Below are positions 56,840-64,000 of a stretch of DNA of 64,000 nucleotides, in pieces. This DNA is from an uncultured Gemmatimonadota bacterium (GTDB taxonomy: Bacteria > JAAXHH01). Positions within the stretch are counted from its first letter, which is position 1, and every line of letters begins with the position of its first letter. The position numbers and the translations under genes are program-made. The DNA is taken from NCBI GenBank assembly GCA_951812955.1, contig OX638340.1, positions 1,440,001-1,504,000 of the forward strand. Reading direction: 5' to 3'. The notes below the pieces were generated by a model. The model saw only the letters and a list, made by a program, of their open reading frames with translations, ran no database searches and was not told the origin of the DNA.

Positions 56840-57991
56840 TCAGACGCGTTCGTAGGGATCGAAAAGCCGCTCGTATTCGCGCAGGGCGTAGCGGTCCGTC
56901 ATCCCCGCGATATAATCGCAGACCCGGCGCTCTAGCGGTTCGTCTTCGGGGTATTTCCGGTCGGTCGGCGGCATTTGCCTTGCATCGGCCATGTACTCTT
57001 TGAAAAGGCTTTCGACGAAGCGGGTCGCCTTGCGTGACATGCGGATGAGCCGGTAGTGCCTGTAAAAGTTCTCTTTCAAAAACGACCTGAGCTGACTGTT
57101 CTTCTCTGACATGCCGGGGCTGTAGTCCACCACTGGGAAATCCAGCCGGCGAACCTCGTCCGGGGACTTCACGCCGTGGCGTTCCAGGTTCCGATGCGTC
57201 GTCTGGACGACGTCGATGATCTGCTGGTTGATCAGCGCCCGTATGATCTGGTACCGCTGCCGCGTGGAATCCAAATTCCGAACCTTTTCCACTTCCTCGC
57301 GAATCGCACCGTCCCATACGTCCAGTTCGGACAGCTGATCGAGACTGAGTATGCCCGCGCTGACGCCATCGTCGAGGTCGTGGGAATTGTACGCGATCTC
57401 GTCGGCGAGGTTGGCGATCTGGGCTTCCACGGAAGCGTACTGCCCGGGCTGGAAGTCGTTTAAGTCGAACCCGTGCGGCGCGTTGTGCTTGGCGATGCCT
57501 TCCCGCGTCTCCCAGGTCAGGTTCAGTCCGGGGAAAGCGGGATAACGCCATTCGAGCTGGTCGATGACCCGAAGGCTCTGCCGGTTGTGCTGGAATCCCC
57601 CGTGATCCCGCATGAGAACGTTCAGGGCTTCTTCTCCGCAGTGGCCAAAGGGAGGATGACCCAGGTCGTGGGCCAGGGCAATGGCCGCGGCAAGGTCCTG
57701 GTTCGCCCCCAGGTTCCGCGCGATCGTTTCCGACACGCCGGCCGTTTCCATGGTGTGGGTCAGGCGCGTGCGATAGTGATCTCCCTCGTGGTACACGAAG
57801 ACCTGCGTCTTGTATTCCAGCCGCCGGAAGGCCTTCGAGTGAACGATGCGGTCGCGGTCCCGCTGAAACGGCGTACGCCACGGCGCTTCCTCCTCGGGAT
57901 GACAGCGTCCCCGGAACGTTCCGCTTTTTTCGGCGTAAGACGCAAGCGTCTGCTCCTCCGCGTCCTCCAGCCGGTTTCTGTCAACGATCAT
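56840..57991 (-). CDS. dgt: dGTP triphosphohydrolase-like HD-domain protein
   Basis: HSKAFRRLEYKTQV, HD motif LAHDLGHPPFGH; ATG 57991 with GGAGAG SD preferred over GTG 58012. Confidence 0.9.
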   Translation of the reverse strand: MIVDRNRLEDAEEQTLASYAEKSGTFRGRCHPEEEAPWRTPFQRDRDRIVHSKAFRRLEYKTQVFVYHEGDHYRTRLTHTMETAGVSETIARNLGANQDLAAAIALAHDLGHPPFGHCGEEALNVLMRDHGGFQHNRQSLRVIDQLEWRYPAFPGLNLTWETREGIAKHNAPHGFDLNDFQPGQYASVEAQIANLADEIAYNSHDLDDGVSAGILSLDQLSELDVWDGAIREEVEKVRNLDSTRQRYQIIRALINQQIIDVVQTTHRNLERHGVKSPDEVRRLDFPVVDYSPGMSEKNSQLRSFLKENFYRHYRLIRMSRKATRFVESLFKEYMADARQMPPTDRKYPEDEPLERRVCDYIAGMTDRYALREYERLFDPYERV

Positions 57992-58020
57992 CAGATGCTC
58001 TCCAAAGAGCACGATCCCCG

Positions 58021-59412
58021 TCAGGTTCCCGCGATCAATGCGCCGCCGAGGTCGATGTCCTGGAGCATGGTAGCATTGAAAGCGGCCTCGACCAGGCGGT
58101 GCTTCACTTCCTTATAGTCGGCGTCGTGCCACAGGTTCTCGAATTCCCAGGGGTCGTTCTCGAGGTCGAAGAGCTCGCCTTTGTCGTGGGTATGGTACAT
58201 CACCAGCTTGTACCGTTCGTCCCGGTACATGGTGGCATAGCTCAGTGGCTCGGCGGATACGGCGTCGTAGTACTCGGAACGGACGAAAGACCTGTGAAAT
58301 CCCGGATCCGCCTCCCCCTGCAGGATGGGCAGCAGGCTCCGGCCTTGAAAGGCCTTCGGCTGCTCTACGCCGGCCAGGTCGAGCATCGTTGCCGACATGT
58401 CGATCAACTCGACGAGCGCTTCGCTCCTGAGATCCGAACGCATCCGTCCGGGATGGGAGAAGATCAGCGGGACCCGCACCAGGCCTTCGTAAAACCGGCA
58501 TCCTTTCCAAAGCAGGCCGTGGTCGCCCAGGCATTCGCCGTGGTCGCTGGTGAAGATGATCACGGTGTCGTCCCGTTGTCCAGTCCGTTCGAGCTCGCGC
58601 AGGATTCGGGCGAACTGGTCGTCTACCTGCCGGATCATGGCGTAGTAGAGGGCCTGCTGCTTTTTACCGTCGAAGGCGTCGGGATGCCTCGACTCCGACT
58701 GGAAGAATACGTCGCGCAACTCCTCCTGCCGGGCCAGGTCGCTGTCGCGGAAATTGGGGCCGGGCATATCGGCCGGATCGAACTGATCGGCGTAGACCCG
58801 GGGTGGGATCAACGGTTCGTGGGGACTGTAGGGATTGAGCGTCAGCATCCAGGGCATACCGGGGTCTCGGGGCTGGTTGATGAACTCCAGGGCGCATTCG
58901 GTAACCCAGGTCGTCTGGTGGAGTTCGGGCGGCACCCTGCCTTCGCTGAATCGCAGGGCGTCGAGGTCGCCGCCGCGTTCGCGTACCCAGTCGCCGTAAT
59001 CATGGCCTTCCGGCCAGTCGTCCCGCGGCGCGTGGCTGAAGCGCCAGAACCGGTAGCCGTCGTCCATGCGGGGTTCTGTCCGCTTTCCCGCGCTCTGGAG
59101 GTGAAACTTGCCCGCCAGGCCGCAGTCATATCCGCTGTCTGCCAGCAATTTGGAGATCAGGGGAGGCGGATTCACAAAGGATCCGTTGCCGTTGCGGCAG
59201 TTGTGAATCCGCCCGGGGTACATGCCGGTCATGAAACTCGAGCGGCTGGGTGTGCAGATCGGACTCTGGCAGTACGCTCGCGTGAAAGCGACGCCTTCCT
59301 GCACCAGTCCGTCAAGCGCCGGCGTGCTCACGTGGGGATTACCGAGCGCGCCGATGGTGTCGAAACGCTGCTGATCCGTGCAGTACCAGAGTATGTTGGG
59401 GCGTGTGGGCAT
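58021..59412 (-). CDS. Sulfatase (formylglycine-dependent arylsulfatase family), no signal peptide
   Basis: Signature CQSPICTPSRSSFMTG; ATG 59412 (MPTRPNILWYCTDQ). Confidence 0.9.
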   Translation of the reverse strand: MPTRPNILWYCTDQQRFDTIGALGNPHVSTPALDGLVQEGVAFTRAYCQSPICTPSRSSFMTGMYPGRIHNCRNGNGSFVNPPPLISKLLADSGYDCGLAGKFHLQSAGKRTEPRMDDGYRFWRFSHAPRDDWPEGHDYGDWVRERGGDLDALRFSEGRVPPELHQTTWVTECALEFINQPRDPGMPWMLTLNPYSPHEPLIPPRVYADQFDPADMPGPNFRDSDLARQEELRDVFFQSESRHPDAFDGKKQQALYYAMIRQVDDQFARILRELERTGQRDDTVIIFTSDHGECLGDHGLLWKGCRFYEGLVRVPLIFSHPGRMRSDLRSEALVELIDMSATMLDLAGVEQPKAFQGRSLLPILQGEADPGFHRSFVRSEYYDAVSAEPLSYATMYRDERYKLVMYHTHDKGELFDLENDPWEFENLWHDADYKEVKHRLVEAAFNATMLQDIDLGGALIAGT

Positions 59413-59439
59413 GTTGCTATGCACCCGCCGCCTTGAATC

Positions 59440-60030
59440 CTATTGGGCGGGCTGCGTGGTGGCTTCCTCTCCGCCCATGGATGCGTCCGAATCGCCGTCT
59501 TCCATTTCCTCTTCGCCCATGTCGCCTTCATCCATGTCGCCTTCGCCCATGTCGCCTTCACCTTCACCCATGTCGCCCTCGCCCATATCCATTTCCGGGG
59601 CGTCGGCGGCCATGACGTGCAACATATCGCCCACCGCGGCGCCGATTTCGGTCGCGGCATTTCCGCCGTTGATGGCGATCTGAAGCGTGCCGGACTCCTC
59701 GTCCATCCGGGCGAGCCAGGCGCCTTCGGCCACGTCGCCATAATCCACGACCATCGGCATGACGAGGGTCTGTTCGTTATGGGTTATCGAAATCCAGCCG
59801 TCCGAGGCGAAACCGGCTTCCGTCAACTGATCGCTCGTGGCGTTCGTATTGATGTTGGCGAATTCCTCGCTAATGCTGGAGACTTCGACGTTGATCATGG
59901 CAACGTCCGCTGCCATCTCCTCGGTTGCCGCCTCTTCCATGGCCGTTTCTTCGGTCTCGGCTCCGCCGCAGCCGTACAGACCGAACGCGCCGACCATACA
60001 GGCCAACAGGTATGATGTAAGTCGTTTCAT
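59440..60030 (-). CDS. Lipoprotein with a DUF62 C-terminal-like domain and a Met/Asp/Glu-rich repetitive tail
   Basis: Lipobox LYGCGG from ATG 60030; LQIAINGGNAATEIGAAVGD resembles the C-terminal domain of the DUF62 enzyme at 31655; tail DMGEGDMGEGEGDMGEGDMDEGDMGEEEMEDGD. Confidence 0.65.
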   Translation of the reverse strand: MKRLTSYLLACMVGAFGLYGCGGAETEETAMEEAATEEMAADVAMINVEVSSISEEFANINTNATSDQLTEAGFASDGWISITHNEQTLVMPMVVDYGDVAEGAWLARMDEESGTLQIAINGGNAATEIGAAVGDMLHVMAADAPEMDMGEGDMGEGEGDMGEGDMDEGDMGEEEMEDGDSDASMGGEEATTQPAQ

Positions 60031-60213
60031 GATCTTGTTCCTTTCACGTGGAAACCCGCATCGCGGATCAAGTGGTAGAAAAGGCACACAAATTGGTAGA
60101 GGTGGATCGGAATGTTCTGCTTTCCAGGACGTTCGGAATACATCTTTTCTTATGTATATTTCAATTTTAAAGTGTCCGCAACCACAATTCTCAAGAAATT
60201 GCGGCAAAACGCG

Positions 60214-61047
60214 TCAGCCGGCGGATCGCTCGGCGGCCGGTTCGGCGGAGGCGGCCTGCTCAGCGGAGGCGGCGAGATCCGCCCACTGCCTGCGCCCCAC
60301 TTCCCTGACCCGGCCGTCGTCCCACTTTTCAAGGGGCCGGTAGGACGGGTGGCCCGGACGGTCCTGGCAGGGATTGTGCCGGGTGTTGTAGCAGCAGATG
60401 AGGCTCCACCGCGGGTCGTCGCTCTCGTTGGGATCCGACCTGTGTAGCACGTTCGCGTGGAAGAACAGCGCGGTCCCGGGCGACATTTCGCAATACACGT
60501 GGTCCAGGTGCTCCAGCGCGAGTTCCACCCGCTTCGGGTCGGCCCCCACCTGCGTACCGTACCGGCCGTGCTCGATCCTTCCCAGGCGGTGCGAACCCCG
60601 GATGACCTGGAGGCACCCGTTCGCCCTGTGGGCCCGGTCCACCGCGATGTAGCAACTGGCCATGTCGGGATACAGCGCCTGGTTGTGGTACCAGTAGCCG
60701 TAGTCCTGGTGCCACTCCCAGGCTCCGCCGACGCGGGGTTCCTTGACCATCATCTTGTAATGGTACAGGTAGATCTCGTCGCCCATGAGCCGTTCCATCG
60801 TGTCGACCATCCGCCGGCCGTGGCAGATAGCGTTGTAGATATCCTCGCGGTCCGTGTCCGACGTCAGCCACAACTTGCTTTCGCGGCCCTCGGTATCCTC
60901 GGCTGCGCGTACGAGCGAGGCCTTCTCCCCGTCGGTACGGCCGACACTGAGCAGGAGTTCCATTTCCTCCTCGTCGTAGAGGCCTTCCACCATCAGGTAG
61001 CCGTCTTCCCGGAATTGCCTTTCATGTTCTTCGGTTAGACGGAACAT
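60214..61047 (-). CDS. Phytanoyl-CoA dioxygenase (PhyH) family oxygenase
   Basis: WEWHQDYGYW...H motifs; GGGGAG SD. Confidence 0.88.
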   Translation of the reverse strand: MFRLTEEHERQFREDGYLMVEGLYDEEEMELLLSVGRTDGEKASLVRAAEDTEGRESKLWLTSDTDREDIYNAICHGRRMVDTMERLMGDEIYLYHYKMMVKEPRVGGAWEWHQDYGYWYHNQALYPDMASCYIAVDRAHRANGCLQVIRGSHRLGRIEHGRYGTQVGADPKRVELALEHLDHVYCEMSPGTALFFHANVLHRSDPNESDDPRWSLICCYNTRHNPCQDRPGHPSYRPLEKWDDGRVREVGRRQWADLAASAEQAASAEPAAERSAG

Positions 61048-61135
61048 GGTATGCTCCCCGTTTGACCTTTGCGGTTTGCTCTAGATCTGCCCTTTGCGGA
61101 TGTATCGGTCGACGGCATGCACGGCAATGCAACGC

Positions 61136-62368
61136 CTACGCCCCGATGCGGGCGCGGTGGCGCCGTTCGACGTGGTGCGCGACCGAGCGGCACACCCGGG
61201 AGATGCCCTCGCCGATGAGCGACTGGTCCAGGAAGCTGTAGCACAGTCGGAACTGGTTCGCTCCCCGGCCGTCGGTATAGAACGAAGGGCCGGCTACGTA
61301 GGCCACCTTTTCGTTTTCCACGGCCCAGGTCAGCATAGCGGTGGAATCGATCCCCTCGGGCGCGGTCAGCCACACGTAGAATCCCCCGTCCGGACGGGTC
61401 CAGGTCATGCCGGGCGGGGCATGTTCCGCGAGCGCTTCCAGGGTGACGTTGCGTTTGGCCTGGTAGAGCGCCCTGGACAGCACGATCTGGGAGTCCATCA
61501 ATCCCTGGCGGCCGTATTCGTAGACGATGCGCTGCCCGAGGGTGCTGGAACACTGGTCGCTGCCCAGTTTCGCCTGGCACAACTGGTTGACCACGGCCGG
61601 CGGCGCCGCAATCCAGCCGAGGCGGATACCTGGCCCGAAGATTTTAGAGAAGGTGCTGACAAACAATACACCGTCGGGATTCAGCGCTTTGAGCGATGGA
61701 GGCGGCGGGTGATCGAAGTAGAGTTCCGCGTAGGCGTGGTCTTCCAGGATGGGGATGTTGTGCCTGTCGGCCAGGCCGACCAGCTTCCGGCGCCTTTCCA
61801 GGGGCATGGTCACGCCGCCCGGATTCTGAAAAGTCGGCATGGTGTAGATCAGCTTGGCGCGCTTGCCCCGGCGTTCCAGTTCCCCCAGCCGTTCTTCCAG
61901 GAGGTCCACGCGCATTCCCTCGTCGTCGATATCCACCGCGACGAATTCCACGTCATAACACCGGAACACCGAAAAAGCAGTCAGGTAGGTGGGGGCTTCC
62001 ACGATGACGATATCGCCAGGATTGAGCAGGGTCTTGGCGATAAGGTCCATCGCCTCGATCCCGCCCGTGGTGACCAGGATGTCGTCCACGCCGGCGGTTA
62101 CGCCCTCGACGGGGCCCATGCGATGGGCGATCCACTCCCTGAGGGCCGTGTACCCCGCCGTGGGGCCGTATTGCAGCGACATGCTGCCGTGTGTATCGAA
62201 GACCTGGACGGCGACTTCCTTCATCGCTTCCATGGGAAACGTGGCAGCGTCGGGCAGGCCGCCGGCAAAGGAAAGCACGTCTGGCCGTTCCGCCAGCTTG
62301 AGAAGCTCAATGACCGCGGTATCGCCCAAGAGATCCATACGGTCCGCATATACATCCCGCCAGTCCAT
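61136..62368 (-). CDS. PLP-dependent aminotransferase (class I/II)
   Basis: Fold-type I aminotransferase; Lys region FSKIFGPGIRLGW; ATG 62368 with AGGAGG SD. Confidence 0.88.
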   Translation of the reverse strand: MDWRDVYADRMDLLGDTAVIELLKLAERPDVLSFAGGLPDAATFPMEAMKEVAVQVFDTHGSMSLQYGPTAGYTALREWIAHRMGPVEGVTAGVDDILVTTGGIEAMDLIAKTLLNPGDIVIVEAPTYLTAFSVFRCYDVEFVAVDIDDEGMRVDLLEERLGELERRGKRAKLIYTMPTFQNPGGVTMPLERRRKLVGLADRHNIPILEDHAYAELYFDHPPPPSLKALNPDGVLFVSTFSKIFGPGIRLGWIAAPPAVVNQLCQAKLGSDQCSSTLGQRIVYEYGRQGLMDSQIVLSRALYQAKRNVTLEALAEHAPPGMTWTRPDGGFYVWLTAPEGIDSTAMLTWAVENEKVAYVAGPSFYTDGRGANQFRLCYSFLDQSLIGEGISRVCRSVAHHVERRHRARIGA

Positions 62369-62548
62369 CAACTACCTCCTGCGCCAGTGCAGTTATGACT
62401 CGTAACGAATTACAGCCGGCCTCGCGTCCGCCGATCGGCATGGACGCCCGGCCGGCCGTCAGATACCACGGGCGAGGCGTTTATTCAGCATGCCGCGCGC
62501 GTTCATTATGGTACGATCCGGACGGCGTGAAAACAAGGCCAAATTTAC

Positions 62549-62579
62549 TTGACACGGACGGGAATCCATGCCTTATCAT
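62549..62579 (+). promoter_or_regulatory. Candidate promoter (TTGACA...TTATCAT) upstream of the PC4-like gene
   Basis: Consensus -35; -10 spacing 17-19 nt is ambiguous. Confidence 0.25.
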
Positions 62580-62641
62580 GGCGAACCGTTTGCGTTCATG
62601 GTGTTCCACCACGCACAACCCCCGCACCGTGAGGAAAACAC

Positions 62642-62899
62642 ATGGCAGAGGACAGCCGGGTCGTAGCCAGTTTCCAGAAAAACAGCCAGGAAGAGTTCCG
62701 CTTCACGATCACGTCTTTCCGGGGCAAAGAATATGCCGATATCCGGATCTATTACGAGAATGACGGCGATTTCCTGCCCAGCAGGAAGGGCATCACCGTC
62801 TCTCCGGATGCATGGGAGTCGTTCAGGTCCTGCCTCGACGAACTGGAGTCGGAACTCAAGGAGCGCAACCTGCTCAAAGCCGACGAAGGCGAAGGCTGA
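62642..62899 (+). CDS. Transcriptional coactivator p15 (PC4)-like / YdbC-family ssDNA-binding protein
   Basis: FRFTITSFRGKEYADIRIYYENDGDFLPSRKGITVSPDAWESF matches the bacterial PC4-like pattern. Confidence 0.65.
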   Translation: MAEDSRVVASFQKNSQEEFRFTITSFRGKEYADIRIYYENDGDFLPSRKGITVSPDAWESFRSCLDELESELKERNLLKADEGEG

Positions 62900-63041
62900 T
62901 CAGGGACGGTATCGTTTCACGGACGCCCAGTCTCCGGGCACTGACGGTCCGGTCCATGGCCCTCCCCTCCCGGGGCGCCGGTCGCTCGTGGCCGGTTCGG
63001 GCCCTGGCTGTCGCAGGCGCCAGACCGCCGCAGGCCGTTTT

Positions 63042-64000
63042 CTAGCCCACCCGGTGCCCTTCCCCCGCGAGAAAGCACTCGGGGTCGTGGCGGATGGGAA
63101 GATAACCCGTGCTCATGAGGAATTCGCCGACGATCTCGGGTCCCATGAAACGGAAAGTCTTCCTGAATACAGCAACCCATTCGTCCAGCGAAACGCAGGT
63201 CTGGCCGTTCAGCCAGGCCACGAATGAACCGTGGTCCCGCCTGATCTCCTGGATGACCCGGGCGTTGTGGATGGCCGCGTCGATCTTGAGCCGGTTCCGG
63301 ATGATGCCCGCGTCCCCCAGCAGTCGCGAGCGATCCTCGTCGTCATAGGCCGCCACACGGTCCACGTCGAACCCGTCGAAGGCCTCCCGCAATGCCTTCC
63401 GTTTCTTCAGCACCGTCAACCAGCTCAGCCCCGCCTGGTTTATCTCCAGCACGAGCCGCTCCAAGAGATCCTCGTCCCGGGTCAGGGGGAAACCGTACTC
63501 GTCGTCGTGGTAGGCGGCCAGTACCGGATCCTTCCGCGTCCAGGCGCAACGACGCCGCTCGTCGGCCCCTTCGGTGAACTCGCCTGTCCGATAGGGGTGG
63601 ATGTCCACCCCGGTAATCCATGCCTCGGGCAAGTGGCGCGCGCAGTTCATCAGGGCGAGTTGGGTATAGGTTGGCGTGATGATGAAACGGGTGACGGAGG
63701 TGTTCGCGAACCAGTAGATTCGATCTTGTCCCATACCCGGGGTATCCAGAATCACACCCACAAGGAAGCGCATGAACGCCCCGTGCGTAACCAGGACGAC
63801 ACGTTCCCCGGTAAGGCCGAAATCTTCGTGGATCCTCCGGTTGACCCGCTCCGCACGCGCCTGGGCCGATTCGTAATCCTCCCAGGGCCGGCACTTCCAC
63901 CAACCCTCCTCGTCGAACCCGTCATCGAGGCGGACTCCCGGAAAACCATGCTCGATCTCCGACCGTTTCATGCCGGGTCTACCCTCGTAGTCCGCATTGC
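63042..64000 (-). CDS. tag: Histidine-phosphatase (PGM-family, C-terminal half)::DNA-3-methyladenine glycosylase I fusion ORF; 5' end beyond the window
   Basis: Tag core CAWTRKDPVLAAYHDDEYGFP...LEINQAGLSWLTVLKKR...GIIRNRLKIDAAIHNA preceded in frame by VVLVTHGAFMRFLVGVIL; frame stays open to base 64000. Confidence 0.75.
   Translation of the reverse strand, partial: NADYEGRPGMKRSEIEHGFPGVRLDDGFDEEGWWKCRPWEDYESAQARAERVNRRIHEDFGLTGERVVLVTHGAFMRFLVGVILDTPGMGQDRIYWFANTSVTRFIITPTYTQLALMNCARHLPEAWITGVDIHPYRTGEFTEGADERRRCAWTRKDPVLAAYHDDEYGFPLTRDEDLLERLVLEINQAGLSWLTVLKKRKALREAFDGFDVDRVAAYDDEDRSRLLGDAGIIRNRLKIDAAIHNARVIQEIRRDHGSFVAWLNGQTCVSLDEWVAVFRKTFRFMGPEIVGEFLMSTGYLPIRHDPECFLAGEGHRVG

Overview
This is a high-GC (about 65%) bacterial chromosomal segment that is gene-dense and mostly core metabolism and housekeeping. 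Four tRNAs are present: Gly-GCC and Cys-GCA on the plus strand, Glu-CTC and Gln-CTG on the minus strand. Three short low-GC insertions look horizontally acquired, and several tandem-repeat tracts are present. The organism appears to be a diderm that uses Shine-Dalgarno (SD) sites (MlaE/MlaD, ExbB-ExbD-ExbD-TonB and lipoproteins are present; GGAGG-like motifs sit 5-10 nt before most starts). No transposase, integrase or CRISPR array was found. The candidates I consider most likely to be new biology are: (1) a translationally coupled minus-strand cluster, pgsA - Cys-rich unknown 315-aa protein - PqqD-like RiPP-recognition-element (RRE) protein - minimal FtsX-type permease - ABC ATPase, with no recognisable RiPP enzyme or precursor; (2) an AT-rich cassette of about 1 kb (33.93-34.94 kb) with its own strong sigma70 promoter, encoding a RelE/ParE-like toxin preceded by an unrecognisable 160-aa partner; (3) an AT-rich region between two MarR genes carrying an orphan intrinsic terminator, a mini-ORF with a strong RBS, and a 60-aa SD-equipped small protein.

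Known genes, in window order:
- secA 3' end, then the minus-strand run recN-nadK-ispA-like-xseB-xseA.
- The conserved minus-strand thrS-infC-rpmI-rplT-pheS-pheT block, followed by zapB-like, zapA and rny.
- An orphan AAA+ (Mg-chelatase-like) ATPase, then PBP1A preceded by a coupled hypothetical gene.
- acs, a SAM hydroxide adenosyltransferase (DUF62) overlapping a SAM methyltransferase, a PfkB kinase plus O-methyltransferase, mlaED, a membrane H+-pyrophosphatase, and exbB-exbD-exbD-tonB with a TPR gene.
- A split-type methylmalonyl-CoA mutase plus epimerase, a PIG-L deacetylase with a CBM9-like domain, a 2-hydroxyacid dehydrogenase, two MarR regulators, dGTPase, sulfatase, two PhyH dioxygenases, an aminotransferase, a PC4-like protein, and a histidine-phosphatase::Tag glycosylase fusion running off the 3' edge.
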